Shown here one piece after another: positions 9,357 to 19,514 of a stretch of DNA of 64,000 nucleotides (positions within the stretch are counted from its first letter, which is position 1; the number at the start of each line of letters is the position of its first letter). Position numbers and translations under genes: made by a program. The stretch covers positions 96,001-160,000 of the IMG/VR virus record IMGVR_UViG_3300001580_000006; one strand, 5' to 3'. Below the pieces are notes generated by a model, which worked only from the letters and a program-made list of their open reading frames with translations, had not been told where the DNA came from and did no database searches. Source of the stretch: a virus. Taxonomy: Duplodnaviria; Caudoviricetes.

Positions 9357-11438
9357 TTACATTAAAGATTTTTCCAGTTTGCTTAGGCTGTTGACTACTT
9401 GGATTTCCTTTGTTAGCTCGATATCTCCTAGCTTCCAAGTCATAGCTTCATCCATAGCATCGTAGACATACTTATACTCTTCTGGGTTGTTATTGCACAT
9501 AGATAGTATCTCATCATGGATATGTAGAACAGTCCGTACGTCTATATCTGCGTGCTTCCAGGCACTATCTAATCTAGCCAGTGTCTGCTTTAGAACATCA
9601 GCGGCAGTGCCTTGGATTATAAAGTTAACAGCCATTCTCAGTTTGTCAGGAGATGGATTTTGTCCAACCACAATTCTACGACCAAACTCAGTTTCAGAGT
9701 AACCTTTAAAAGAAATTAGTTCGTTAGTGTCTTGTAGCCATTTGGCCAACTCAGGATAAACTTTAAAGAACCCTTGTATAATAAATTCGCATTGCTTTAC
9801 AGTATAGGTTCTACCTGTGCTAGTTGTCAGGTTTAATGCTAGGGTTCTAGCACCGCCTTGGTAGACGACCAGGAATGAAGTGGTCTTGGCATCGTCACGC
9901 TGCTGCTTACGTTTGATCGCTAGTTGATAGGCCTCCATATTATGGCCCTTTTCTTGGTCAGACATCTCATCCCAGTGCTCTAAAAAGTCTGGTTTCATCT
10001 CTGCCAGAAACTGTTCATAAGGGACATCCCATATCAACGCAGCGGTATAAGCATGCATGTCCTTGCCTTCAATCATCAACCTCTTCATAACCTGGTCGTC
10101 ACTGAAGTACGCAGCTATTCTTAGCTCTATAGCATTCCAGTCAGCCTTTACAAAAACCTTGTTCGGATCTGCAATTAGCAATCCACGAATATCCAACTGT
10201 TTATTCTTTGGAAGATTCTGTAGGTTTGGTGAGGAAGCAAACCTCCCAGTTTTTAGAATCTGCCTAAATTGGGTGTGGAGTCTTCCATCTTTAATTATAC
10301 TAACTGCCTCAGACTCTTCAGCTGAAGTTTTAACTTTGGATTTGCCGGCTAGTAAGCTATCTATATAAGTGCTGCGTATTTTGTCGTGTGTTCTATACGA
10401 TAGAACGTGGTCTATCATCTTGCATGTACATACATGCAGTGGAACTTCTGAATCAAAATACCTGGCTTTGATTGAATTCAATACTTGCTTAGCGGTAGAG
10501 AACTCAGCGTCTGGATCATCAAAGTCTGGCTCAAACTCTTCTGGCACCGGAACAGCCGCAGTTGTAAACAGTCTAGATACTTGCTTATTCTTAGCAATAT
10601 CAACTGAGTAGCTTTTGGCATCTTCCGCGCTCCACCCTGATGCTATAAGGAGCTCCCTGGCTGTTTCCTTTGCGCCGGCTTTAGCTTTAGTAATCTCCTC
10701 CATACACACAGCTCTAAGTGGCGCAACCTTCTGTCTATCTATGAGTATACCAAATGCCTCCATTTCTGCTAGAATTCTTACTAATGGTAGTTCTATCTCT
10801 GTAAGAACCTTTCTAGTAGTCTGGGGCATTATTGTTTCCTGTTGCTTAAATAGGGCAAATGTGTTTGCAGCGTCAGGGCCACCATACCTAGCACCGTCCT
10901 CTACTGACACTGTGGCTATACTACTCTCTAGCTCATTATAGCGTATAACCTTACGACGCAAGAAATGCTCTGTCTGCCACTTAAGTGCAGCTGGAACCTT
11001 CCAGTCAAGCATTCTTGCAGCCAACATAGTATCAAAATGCAGTGGGAAGCCATTGGTAAAATCTATGCCGTTTGTCTTTAGCACCATGTAGTCGTACTTA
11101 GCATGATGCATAACCAATGGCTTCTGCTGTAAGATAGGCCCAATGACTTCTTTTACCTTAGCCCATGATAACTGTTCCTCAACAGGAAACCTATTGTTCT
11201 GAAACATGTTAACTTGGGCTGGATGCCTGTGAGCTACTGGGATGTACCAGGCCCGATCTCCAGATATTGCTAATGGCAATGATACTATTTTAGCAATGGT
11301 GGGGTCAAGCGCAGTAGTTTCGGTATCTACAGCTATAACAGGCGCGGCCATAAGAGCCTGAGCTACCTGGTTAAGGTGATCCTCAGTCATTACAACCTCG
11401 ACCGTTATCTTTCCGGACAGGTCAAGGACTTCGTTCAT
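9357..11438 (-). CDS. polA: Family A DNA polymerase with 3'-5' exonuclease domain
   Basis: Exonuclease motifs DTET, HHAKYD, DTM; TGRFASSPNLQN; motif A DWNAIELR, motif B RDDAKTTSF..VY, motif C HIHDE. Confidence 0.93.
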   Translation of the reverse strand: MNEVLDLSGKITVEVVMTEDHLNQVAQALMAAPVIAVDTETTALDPTIAKIVSLPLAISGDRAWYIPVAHRHPAQVNMFQNNRFPVEEQLSWAKVKEVIGPILQQKPLVMHHAKYDYMVLKTNGIDFTNGFPLHFDTMLAARMLDWKVPAALKWQTEHFLRRKVIRYNELESSIATVSVEDGARYGGPDAANTFALFKQQETIMPQTTRKVLTEIELPLVRILAEMEAFGILIDRQKVAPLRAVCMEEITKAKAGAKETARELLIASGWSAEDAKSYSVDIAKNKQVSRLFTTAAVPVPEEFEPDFDDPDAEFSTAKQVLNSIKARYFDSEVPLHVCTCKMIDHVLSYRTHDKIRSTYIDSLLAGKSKVKTSAEESEAVSIIKDGRLHTQFRQILKTGRFASSPNLQNLPKNKQLDIRGLLIADPNKVFVKADWNAIELRIAAYFSDDQVMKRLMIEGKDMHAYTAALIWDVPYEQFLAEMKPDFLEHWDEMSDQEKGHNMEAYQLAIKRKQQRDDAKTTSFLVVYQGGARTLALNLTTSTGRTYTVKQCEFIIQGFFKVYPELAKWLQDTNELISFKGYSETEFGRRIVVGQNPSPDKLRMAVNFIIQGTAADVLKQTLARLDSAWKHADIDVRTVLHIHDEILSMCNNNPEEYKYVYDAMDEAMTWKLGDIELTKEIQVVNSLSKLEKSLM

Positions 11439-11439
11439 G

Positions 11440-11934
11440 TTAGGTAGTTGGTGAGATTTTTGCGTCTACGGAGCGCTGAATAACAACGTCGCGGACTAGG
11501 TTTGAGATAGCCGAAAGATAGGAGATCCACTCGGCCCAGAAGTTTTTGTATACATCGCACAAAGCTTTGTCAGCTTTGCTGGAATTATACTTCTGCGTAG
11601 CTCCAACAGCGGCAGCTTCAGCCATGGCTTTCTGTTTGCCATCTGAGAGCTTCTTAGTCTCTTCATTGCCGAGCAGTTTAACCATCTCCTGCTGAGCTAT
11701 AATGTCAGCTTCGTTGTCGGAGAGGATAGCAGCCCAGTTAGAGCTATCAGATTTCTTGGACCAGTGGTTGTGGTTAAGCGTAGCTACGCCAAACCGGAAG
11801 CTGATTAACTGCGACAGCGTGTTTATGTCACAGGTAGCCAGCAGGTTATCAACGTTTGCCGACATAGCTTTTCCAAGCTCATCAGCGGTAGAATCTACCT
11901 CTTCACGAGTGTAGACTTTCATATCTAGTTCCAT
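11440..11934 (-). CDS. hypothetical helical protein
   Basis: GGAGG RBS; first gene after a promoter. Confidence 0.6.
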   Translation of the reverse strand: MELDMKVYTREEVDSTADELGKAMSANVDNLLATCDINTLSQLISFRFGVATLNHNHWSKKSDSSNWAAILSDNEADIIAQQEMVKLLGNEETKKLSDGKQKAMAEAAAVGATQKYNSSKADKALCDVYKNFWAEWISYLSAISNLVRDVVIQRSVDAKISPTT

Positions 11935-11956
11935 ACTTCCTCCGTTTGGGGTTATT

Positions 11957-11985
11957 ATTATACCACATTAATTTGCAAAAAGCAA
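11957..11985 (-). promoter_or_regulatory. promoter for the polA/thyX/nrdD operon
   Basis: TTGCTT-17 nt-TATAAT with TG extended -10. Confidence 0.7.
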
Positions 11986-12021
11986 GTGCTTTACAGACTA
12001 TATTTTAGTGCATAGTGTAAG

Positions 12022-14898
12022 CTATTGCTCTTCTGGCTCTTGCTTGCCTAGAAATCTTTTGGCTAAGCTAGACGCCAGTAAACTGGCCTGTTCATCGGCT
12101 GACTCCGGCGGAATGCCATCTAATACTGCATCTCCGGCTTCTGCCTTTGCCACAACATCCTGTGCTAATAAGGCATCATAGGAGTTGTCTAGTACCATTA
12201 CATAAACATTTACAGAACCCTTCTGCCCAAACCTATGGCACCTATCCTCAGCTTGGCGCATTATAAATGGACTGTAGTGCTGCTCTACAAATACTACCGT
12301 TGATGCAGATTGTAAGTTAATAGTATCTCCAGCAGCTTCGATAGAGCCTATGAATATTCTACGATCAGGGTTGTTATTAAACTCGTCTATGATATCAAAC
12401 CGCCTGGTCTGATCATTCATTCTTCCATCTATAAGCAAAGAGCCAGGAAACGCTGAGGTTAAAATATCCGATACGTCATGGTGTCTAGTAAACACAACTA
12501 TCTTTCCCTTGTCGTCTTCCATCTCCTCCAACAAATCCTGTATGAACTCTACGGCAGCTGGAGCTTTCGCAACACCAACCTTCTTCATAAGACTAAATAT
12601 CATTCCCTGAACTTCTGGTTTTCTCATACAGGAAATTATTTGGGCGATAGTAGGAGCTCTATTGCCGAGCTCTCTCCCTAGTTCTTTGAATAGAGACTTC
12701 TCAGCTTTACGCACCTCAACTCGGTTCTTTGCATCAGTCTCTAACTCAATGATGGTCCGCACTTTTGGTGGGAGGTCTTTAAGAACTGCCGACTTTAGTC
12801 TACGCATCATACAACTTTCAGACAGCTTCTGGTGAAGATCGTCCATATTTATTGGAGCTGACTTTTTATAATCCTGATTGCCAGAGTGTGTTACAGGGTC
12901 ATACCCAAAGTATCTACGCAAGAACCAAGCCTTATCTGGGAATGTTAGTGGGTCAATGAGATGGATGATCTTCCACAGGTCAAGCACCTTATTGTATATT
13001 GGAGTTCCGGTTGCACAGATTACAGCTTGAACCTTCCTGCAAATAGTCATAGCTGCCTGTGTTCGCTGCGCTTTGTAGTTTTTGCAGTTGGAGACTAAAA
13101 CCCCGTTGGCGAAATAGTTATTGTTATTAGCAACTTCTATGTTGTATACAGGTATTAGATCCTGCGTTTGGCTATTTCCTGTAGAACTCGTGGTAGGTCC
13201 GCTATAACCTCCTCGTTCCAGAACCTCAGCACTAACCACCCGAGAGCACGCAAGACCTCTGTTTTCCGATGGTCGAGGAACCGCCAAAGTTTCAGTTTGT
13301 GTGTTTTGCCGTCGATCTCTATTGCTATCTTCCGTATTGGATCTGCTATATCCACTTTGTAGCAATGAGGTAAACTTTTGAATTGTTCGGCAACAGGATG
13401 CGTTAATATAATATATTCTGTTGGAAGACCTAGTGCATCCGCAACTAATTTCTGCTGAGTAGTTAGTGTTCCATTGCCACCCCGTGCCAAGAAGGTTCTG
13501 CCAATTAACTTTTGCCGCATCTTTTCCCTGGCAACGGGGTCTGCCATTGGATTGCGCTCCCTCATCCTCTGCGCAGCATCCGGGCGCCTTCGTCCTACAT
13601 TTGATGCCTGTGCTGTCTTTATTACAACACGACAGATTTCTTTTCTGCCCGGCTGTGCCATTCTCCATTTTGCGGCACAGGTGTTGCCGCAAAAGCGCAA
13701 TCTGTTCTTTGCACCATAATGATTTTTTGGTATAAAGGTCCTGCCACAATACTCGCAGATCTGTGGCTTTATTGGCTTCTTTAGCGCCTTGCTTATCGCG
13801 CTTCTTACATCGATTCGCGCATTTACCGCTATAGCGGCACAGCTTCGGGAGCAGTATACCGTTGTCGTCCTGCCGCGTTTTCTGGTTTTGAACTTCTTGT
13901 GGCAATACCGACAAGACATCTCTGTTAGACAAGCTTGCCGCCTCTTTGTAGCCCGAAGCAGTCCAGATCTTGTGGTTGCCAGTGCAGATAAATTCTCCAT
14001 GTTCATGGGTTATCCTCATCAATGTGTTAGTATAATTATAGCACATTTCATAGGAAAATCCAATATGCCTCTTAAATCTTTCTGCAATGGGCTGCCACTC
14101 TAACTGTCCAGTTTGTTTGTTATGGGACAGAGCCAGGTGCCCAACGCCGTGTTCAACCACGTCGCCTATTGACTGTGGTCCTTCATCAGTTATTATAGTA
14201 GCATTATATGGAAAGCAAAAGTGTGCTTCATCTAGTACAATTAACTGTGGGGCAAACTCTTTAATAACGTCTACGTACCTATTAAGTATCTCATAGTTAA
14301 TTATGAATACTATTCTTCCCCCTTGTTGAAGGTAGACGCGGCTTTGTTTCATCCAGTCTATACAGTCGTTCCCAGTGGCGAACCTTACGAGCTTTTCGCC
14401 CATAAGCCACTTGTTTGTCTCCCTTTCCCAATTCTTTTTTCCTATCGCTTTGCATACAACCACAACCTTTCTAATATCGGTTCTTAAGTTTAGCCAGGAC
14501 AGTATCTCGATTGTCTTTCCTGTGCCCATTTCGTCGGCTAATAGGATACGGCCATCATGTAACTGTGCAAACTCTACTGCAGCCCTCTGGTATGATCTTA
14601 CGATAAGCCCTTCTGGACACGGCACCTCTATATCAGATTCAGTGGCCCTAGATAGAGCCTTAGACTTGACCTTACGGTCCGCCAAAGTTATGGCTTCTGC
14701 TCTGATTGGTTCTATCTCCGGATCTAGAACTACACCTGGAGTGTCGCTGCCAAGTAGGCTAAGAAGTTGTTTGCGATTTAAGTACCAGCATTTATCTTCT
14801 GGCGACCAGGTAGCCTTAACGTCCTTTAAATAATCCTTCTCGTGATATGAAGTGATTGCGACGTATAAGTCTGCGCCAGGCTCTTTAAATATCTGCAC
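12022..14898 (-). CDS. SNF2/HARP-like SF2 helicase interrupted by an intein
   Basis: LADEMGTGKT, LDEAHF|CKN, ATGTP, QAEDRCHRFGQ. Confidence 0.9.
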   Translation of the reverse strand: MQIFKEPGADLYVAITSYHEKDYLKDVKATWSPEDKCWYLNRKQLLSLLGSDTPGVVLDPEIEPIRAEAITLADRKVKSKALSRATESDIEVPCPEGLIVRSYQRAAVEFAQLHDGRILLADEMGTGKTIEILSWLNLRTDIRKVVVVCKAIGKKNWERETNKWLMGEKLVRFATGNDCIDWMKQSRVYLQQGGRIVFIINYEILNRYVDVIKEFAPQLIVLDEAHFCFPYNATIITDEGPQSIGDVVEHGVGHLALSHNKQTGQLEWQPIAERFKRHIGFSYEMCYNYTNTLMRITHEHGEFICTGNHKIWTASGYKEAASLSNRDVLSVLPQEVQNQKTRQDDNGILLPKLCRYSGKCANRCKKRDKQGAKEANKATDLRVLWQDLYTKKSLWCKEQIALLRQHLCRKMENGTAGQKRNLSCCNKDSTGIKCRTKAPGCCAEDEGAQSNGRPRCQGKDAAKVNWQNLLGTGWQWNTNYSAEISCGCTRSSNRIYYINASCCRTIQKFTSLLQSGYSRSNTEDSNRDRRQNTQTETLAVPRPSENRGLACSRVVSAEVLERGGYSGPTTSSTGNSQTQDLIPVYNIEVANNNNYFANGVLVSNCKNYKAQRTQAAMTICRKVQAVICATGTPIYNKVLDLWKIIHLIDPLTFPDKAWFLRRYFGYDPVTHSGNQDYKKSAPINMDDLHQKLSESCMMRRLKSAVLKDLPPKVRTIIELETDAKNRVEVRKAEKSLFKELGRELGNRAPTIAQIISCMRKPEVQGMIFSLMKKVGVAKAPAAVEFIQDLLEEMEDDKGKIVVFTRHHDVSDILTSAFPGSLLIDGRMNDQTRRFDIIDEFNNNPDRRIFIGSIEAAGDTINLQSASTVVFVEQHYSPFIMRQAEDRCHRFGQKGSVNVYVMVLDNSYDALLAQDVVAKAEAGDAVLDGIPPESADEQASLLASSLAKRFLGKQEPEEQ
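13155..14006 (-). CDS. DUF559/Vsr-like endonuclease with zinc-finger repeats, nested out of frame inside the intein
   Basis: CRYC..YCSRSC and CEYC..FCGNTC repeats, RMRERNPM, YKVDIA...IEIDGKTH...D..K...L...GWLVLRFWN; own GAGGA RBS. Confidence 0.85.
   Translation of the reverse strand: MNMENLSALATTRSGLLRATKRRQACLTEMSCRYCHKKFKTRKRGRTTTVYCSRSCAAIAVNARIDVRSAISKALKKPIKPQICEYCGRTFIPKNHYGAKNRLRFCGNTCAAKWRMAQPGRKEICRVVIKTAQASNVGRRRPDAAQRMRERNPMADPVAREKMRQKLIGRTFLARGGNGTLTTQQKLVADALGLPTEYIILTHPVAEQFKSLPHCYKVDIADPIRKIAIEIDGKTHKLKLWRFLDHRKTEVLRALGWLVLRFWNEEVIADLPRVLQEIAKRRI
14035..14063 (-). promoter_or_regulatory. internal promoter within the intein, upstream of the nested endonuclease
   Basis: TTGGAT-17 nt-TATAAT with TG extension, 29 nt upstream of the ATG at 14006. 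Confidence 0.7.
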
Positions 14899-15071
14899 TA
14901 CTTACCTTTTAACCTCTCGTTTAGGTATTCTCCCTTAGCTTTCGTTCCGAGCTTTAGGATAGCATAAACGCACCCACAGTCTTCGCACTGATAAATCTTT
15001 TTGTCTGCGTTTACGATTGTTTGAAATAAGCATAGCCCACATTGTGGACATGCTCTAAATTCATCACCCAT
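14898..15071 (-). CDS. small zinc-ribbon protein (57 aa, not in the ORF track)
   Basis: MGDEFRACPQCG...YQCEDCG; fills the intergenic gap exactly. Confidence 0.55.
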   Translation of the reverse strand: MGDEFRACPQCGLCLFQTIVNADKKIYQCEDCGCVYAILKLGTKAKGEYLNERLKGK

Positions 15072-15474
15072 ATATTTCTTTGCTGAACAACGCTAATTGT
15101 ATTATAGAGTCAGCGGCAGGTGAGTCTATATCACCAACGTCAACTAGCCCATACTTTGATGCGTACAGCCTAAGCCCAGCTTTTAAGCTGTCTAGGGTTA
15201 GGGTAAACCTAGCTGCATCTTTTTTCCACTCTCCATCCTCATCTTCTAGTAGAACAGAGAGCCCCCTACTAATGGCCTGACTAGTATACTCCAGATCTTT
15301 TGGCAACTTATCACATTTTACTATGGTTGCACGCTTGCACCAGTAGTTTACTCCACCCTCTAAAGCAGTGCACACTATGTCGTCAATGTCTTCTTGTGTC
15401 AGTTCAATCTCGGTTTGGATTTTTATCGGCTCCATTATCGATCTCCTGTAGTTGCTCTTTTGTAATTCTATCAA
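15064..15474 (-). CDS. hypothetical phage protein
   Basis: DIVCTALEGG.NYW...DIDS..AD.IIQ.ALF...YG; probable start at MEPIK. Confidence 0.6.
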   Translation of the reverse strand: MIELQKSNYRRSIMEPIKIQTEIELTQEDIDDIVCTALEGGVNYWCKRATIVKCDKLPKDLEYTSQAISRGLSVLLEDEDGEWKKDAARFTLTLDSLKAGLRLYASKYGLVDVGDIDSPAADSIIQLALFSKEIYG

Positions 15475-15628
15475 TTACCCGACGTCTTTTCTTAAAGCGG
15501 TTTGACTGACACCACGGACAACTGCCGTGTGCCCTACAGCTTCCAAAGAATCGTCGCCCGTCTTTGTATTGCTTTCGCCAATCTTTTCTATGCGGATAGT
15601 TCTTATCGAATGACATGTTCTTTACCAA
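15404..15628 (-). CDS. small basic Cys/His phage protein
   Basis: SCRAHGSCPWC. Confidence 0.55.
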   Translation of the reverse strand: MVKNMSFDKNYPHRKDWRKQYKDGRRFFGSCRAHGSCPWCQSNRFKKRRRVIDRITKEQLQEIDNGADKNPNRD

Positions 15629-15636
15629 AAGAATTA

Positions 15637-15664
15637 GCCCTGGCTACACTTCTATAGCCAGGGC
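15637..15664 (-). terminator. putative terminator hairpin
   Basis: GCCCTGGCTA...TAGCCAGGGC inverted repeat followed by a T-rich tract on the minus strand. Confidence 0.5.
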
Positions 15665-15684
15665 GTCACCATATAGGTTACTAG

Positions 15685-16986
15685 TTACGTTTTGCGCATC
15701 CTACGAGCTGGAACTTCATCCATTGGATCATAGTACTTGGTAAGAATGCCATTCTTATCCGGGTTAAGAGAAACTCGATCTTCTAGATGAATGTTAGTCT
15801 CTCTGTGAATACCATGATCATTGTCAAACAGGAATATCTTTTGCGATGGCGGAGAAGCCACCTGCATCTTGTTTATAGACAACTCTGTTCCACCAACCAT
15901 TGAGCCATTGGTAACAATATAGTTGGCATCAATAGAGGCTGGCGTATGAATATGGCCAACCAGTAATATGTCTATTACTCTGTTGAACAACCGTGGTAGT
16001 TTTCTGGCCATTCTGTCTAAACCGTAGAATGGTATACCATAGGAACTGGAGCCTGAGTTGTGCCCATGCTGTAGACAGAAAGTGAATTTCCCGTGCTGCA
16101 CTAACATCATTGGGCTCTCTGCAACATAGACATTCACATTTTTCTGATTACGAAGTAGGAGCTTTAATAGCCTATAGAACATATAGTCTAGGTTGGTACG
16201 ATAGTGCAGCTGAGATTTCTTACCACCTATAACACCGTGGTTTCCACTGACTCCATAAATATCAATTTGTGGAATCTCTTTGGCCAATCGTAGAATAGAC
16301 TCTGTTTCTTTCATAACGCAGTCTAACACTTGGTCAAAAGCTCCACGGTCAATATAGTTGTTCTGCCCCGGGTAAACCAACTCACCAGTTTGCTGATCCC
16401 CCAACCAGTTAAGCACAAGCTTATTTATACCAAGGTGGCGGTCCTCATGATAAAACTGTATAGTCGTATCAGTGAGCATGTCCAGCCTACTAGCATACAT
16501 ATTAAAGTCATACTCAGCCAATCCTTGCACCCAGGCCTTATCAACCACCTCGCCAACGTGTGCATCTGACCGTAAGCCGTGCATAGTCTGCTCTTTCCTA
16601 ACCTTATGTGGTTTAGGGGGCCTAACTATTGGTATATGAATTCTGTTGACGTTGGCTTCAACAGCTTCATAAACCAATCTAGCAAACTGTTTTGATTTCT
16701 CGATCTGCTCGCGAAGACTCTCATTTTCTCTAGCTAAAATAGCAGGAGATACTGGACCATCTGTGCCATAGGCTTTGTATTTTCTAAACTCCTTAGCTTC
16801 TTCGCTACGCTTCTTCTTCCACTGGTTAACCACACCAAGTCTGCGAGCTTTATGATCACAAGCTGACGTAGATAAGCCCATTAGCTTCATAATTGCAGAT
16901 GCTGTAGTCTCTGGGTCTGCTAGTAGCTTCTTAAACTGCTCTACCGACTCCGGTGTCCACTCATTGTTTTTGGTTTCCATAATCAC
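15685..16986 (-). CDS. Calcineurin-like metallophosphoesterase with N-terminal HTH-like region
   Basis: SDAH.GE, LGD, GNHG, HGH, GHIH. Confidence 0.8.
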   Translation of the reverse strand: MIMETKNNEWTPESVEQFKKLLADPETTASAIMKLMGLSTSACDHKARRLGVVNQWKKKRSEEAKEFRKYKAYGTDGPVSPAILARENESLREQIEKSKQFARLVYEAVEANVNRIHIPIVRPPKPHKVRKEQTMHGLRSDAHVGEVVDKAWVQGLAEYDFNMYASRLDMLTDTTIQFYHEDRHLGINKLVLNWLGDQQTGELVYPGQNNYIDRGAFDQVLDCVMKETESILRLAKEIPQIDIYGVSGNHGVIGGKKSQLHYRTNLDYMFYRLLKLLLRNQKNVNVYVAESPMMLVQHGKFTFCLQHGHNSGSSSYGIPFYGLDRMARKLPRLFNRVIDILLVGHIHTPASIDANYIVTNGSMVGGTELSINKMQVASPPSQKIFLFDNDHGIHRETNIHLEDRVSLNPDKNGILTKYYDPMDEVPARRMRKT

Positions 16987-17567
16987 TCCCCTATATTTTC
17001 TACTGCTTCTCGCAGGACTTCAGTTATTTCATCATCATCTAGCTCTTCACCATTCTTAAAAAAGGTGTATTCTGTCCAGTCATTTACTGCGGTAAAGTCG
17101 GCTTGCGCTGTATACTCGTTGTCATCATCCTCAAGATCTACTGCATAAAAGGTAGTGCTACCTGTTATGTCTACGTTGGCAACTCTGCTCATTCTATTAC
17201 TCCACTAGTTAGTTCTTTAGTTTCACCCGATCCTAGCCACGGTATTAGGTCTACGACGTATCTAATCTCGCCTTCCTTTTTTAGTGCGTAATCTACAAAT
17301 ACGGAGACCCTAACTGCACCGCGTTTAGTGGCGGCCACGGTTTCTATGCCGCTAGCCTTAGTGCCACATCTGTGGGCTTTACCGTTATTGCCCTGTACCG
17401 TTCCATAAAACACAGCCATATTATTATACCATACTTTATATTGAATTCCAAAATGCTTGGCCGTTTCGAAATTGGCCAACTATTTCTCTACTGTTATACC
17501 CCAGCCAAGTGTAGCTAGAGCCTCAAAAGCTGCCTCATCAGCACTTAAAGATTCTAAATCATACTGG

Positions 17568-18134
17568 TCATTCGGGTCTTCCAGGTTTGTTAGCTTGTAG
17601 CCCATCTATTACTTTAAGAAGATCCCAAGGTTGCTTTATTCGTATTCCGTCCCACTCTTTATTCCATGGCCGATCCATAGCAACCGCGATCTTCCCGTGC
17701 TCCTTATAAGCATTTAAGTTTTTAAGTGAATCGTCAAGATATAAGTCACAGTCTATCTTCCATTTCTCATGACTGAATGTAAAGCTATCCCATGGTATGC
17801 CGTTATTTTCAATCCAGCTTAAGGTAAGTGGTGCTGGATCACATTCATACATTCTAGGTTGTGAGGTAATGATGTGAATTTTATAGCCGTTTTCTCTTAA
17901 GCACCGCATTAGCGATCTGGCTCCAGGTACGGCTTCAGCCTTCAAGAAGACATCTGCTATTACATTCTTGCTATAAGTGTATGGCCAAATATCGCTACCA
18001 AGTTGGAATGATGGCGCTAGGTCATACTCTGTGACATCCTTAGTCCAATGATCTGGAAAGTCTTTTTTATAGCGCTTAGTAAGAGCTTTTACAAACTCTC
18101 TCAGCACTTCATCTACATCAATTCCTATTGTCAT
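17568..18134 (-). CDS. 5'(3')-deoxyribonucleotidase (HAD, NT5C-like)
   Basis: IGIDVDEVL, IITS, K....D.YLDD, RPWN. Confidence 0.85.
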   Translation of the reverse strand: MTIGIDVDEVLREFVKALTKRYKKDFPDHWTKDVTEYDLAPSFQLGSDIWPYTYSKNVIADVFLKAEAVPGARSLMRCLRENGYKIHIITSQPRMYECDPAPLTLSWIENNGIPWDSFTFSHEKWKIDCDLYLDDSLKNLNAYKEHGKIAVAMDRPWNKEWDGIRIKQPWDLLKVIDGLQANKPGRPE

Positions 18135-18483
18135 AAACTACTCTCCAGTATAATTCTGCGGCGTTACATTGAGCTGCTTTGTATCTAACCTCAGCCTCAA
18201 GACTTTTATTTTGTATATAGACGTCCCACGCAGCAGCTTCAGTCATACAATATATTTTCCACGCAACGACATTATGTTTGTACTTCATTACGTTATAGTC
18301 ATACAGGTTATTTTCTTGATATTGTCTATGCCAGGACAACAGTCATCTTGTATTTTTCTCTGTGCCTCATCACATGAAAGCCCATATACTAAAAGGTACT
18401 CGTGTGTTCTATCTGCTGTTCCCTGACAATAAGACACGCCGTCAACTCGGAATAGGTATGCCTTCATACTATGCTCCAATTGT

Positions 18484-18765
18484 TTAATATTCAGAAGATG
18501 CGAAGAATCCAGGTTCATCTCTGAGCTCAAGTTCTTCTCGGAAAGACCGGTGCTTTCCTATTGACCCATCTGCTGTGTCATCATAGAACTTGAAGGTATC
18601 CAGTTCTTCTTCCGATAACCTTCTGGGTTCAGTTTCTTTCAAAGTTTCATCCGTGTCAATGCCTTCGCCAAGGGTGTCAATAAGATGTTTTGTGTAGACC
18701 TCCGTGGCTCCATCTTCCGTGTCTGCACAGACCCAGTCGTAATCGTTCATTTGATATACGTTCAT
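18484..18765 (-). CDS. hypothetical acidic phage protein
   Basis: GAGG RBS; operon context. Confidence 0.55.
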   Translation of the reverse strand: MNVYQMNDYDWVCADTEDGATEVYTKHLIDTLGEGIDTDETLKETEPRRLSEEELDTFKFYDDTADGSIGKHRSFREELELRDEPGFFASSEY

Positions 18766-18780
18766 GTTACCTCGTTAAAT

Positions 18781-19137
18781 TTAATGGTAATCTATTTCAA
18801 AGAAATTCAGCATACCACGACAAGGTTGAAATGGTAATAGTTCGGCATCACTAACTATGAAACCTACGGGTCCCATAAACCATGGCGAGAGGGAATTGTC
18901 CACGCAATCAATGACTTTGGCTTTACCAATTACACCACCAGTTTTCAAACCCTCAACTGGCCATATCAATTCAGGAAAGTGTTCGTGGATCCAGACTGCC
19001 CCATCATGGTCATACTTTCTGCTAGCATGTATTAGAAACTCGCCACGGAATTTGGTATGCCACTTTCGGTTTTCGACGTCTTTAATCCCAGCAGCCAGAA
19101 AATAAGCCCAAGGTTGTTGAAGCGATAGAGCTTTCAT
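18781..19137 (-). CDS. ASCH domain protein
   Basis: ALSLQQPWA....GIKDVENR.W....RG..LIHAS. Confidence 0.88.
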   Translation of the reverse strand: MKALSLQQPWAYFLAAGIKDVENRKWHTKFRGEFLIHASRKYDHDGAVWIHEHFPELIWPVEGLKTGGVIGKAKVIDCVDNSLSPWFMGPVGFIVSDAELLPFQPCRGMLNFFEIDYH

Positions 19138-19514
19138 AATGAGTTCTCCCAGCTTTCTTCTTTTTCTTTGCTACCAAACAGTTCTATTAAGTACTTACGT
19201 TTTGCTAACTGGTCAACAGCATCGGCTAAGTTCAGTCCTCTTAGAAGAATAGGGTCGGCTTGATAAGCATCTAAGTATGGAATCCACGCCACAGTAAACG
19301 GCTTCCTTTTGTAGACGTAATAGTATGCTTTGCCATCGGCTACGGGCCAAGATAAGATGCCGCCTACAACCTCACCTTCTGGTAGGTTGTCGGATATTTT
19401 CTGTAGCCTATCCATTTCGTTCTGCTCTTCTTTGATTCTACGGCTCATTGCACTATTTGACGTATCACTATAATCAAGATGATACGGCCATGTATATTGT
19501 AATACTTTAGCCAT
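19134..19514 (-). CDS. hypothetical phage protein
   Basis: VADGKAYY motif; overlapping stop/start. Confidence 0.55.
   Translation of the reverse strand: MAKVLQYTWPYHLDYSDTSNSAMSRRIKEEQNEMDRLQKISDNLPEGEVVGGILSWPVADGKAYYYVYKRKPFTVAWIPYLDAYQADPILLRGLNLADAVDQLAKRKYLIELFGSKEKEESWENSL

Larger units (their letters stand above)
13087..14217 (-). mobile_element. Intein (377 aa) in helicase motif II
   Basis: Starts CFPYNATI, block B CTGNHKIW, ends VYNIEVANNNNYFANGVLVSN followed by +1 Cys. Removal restores DEAHFCKNYKAQRT. Confidence 0.9.
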
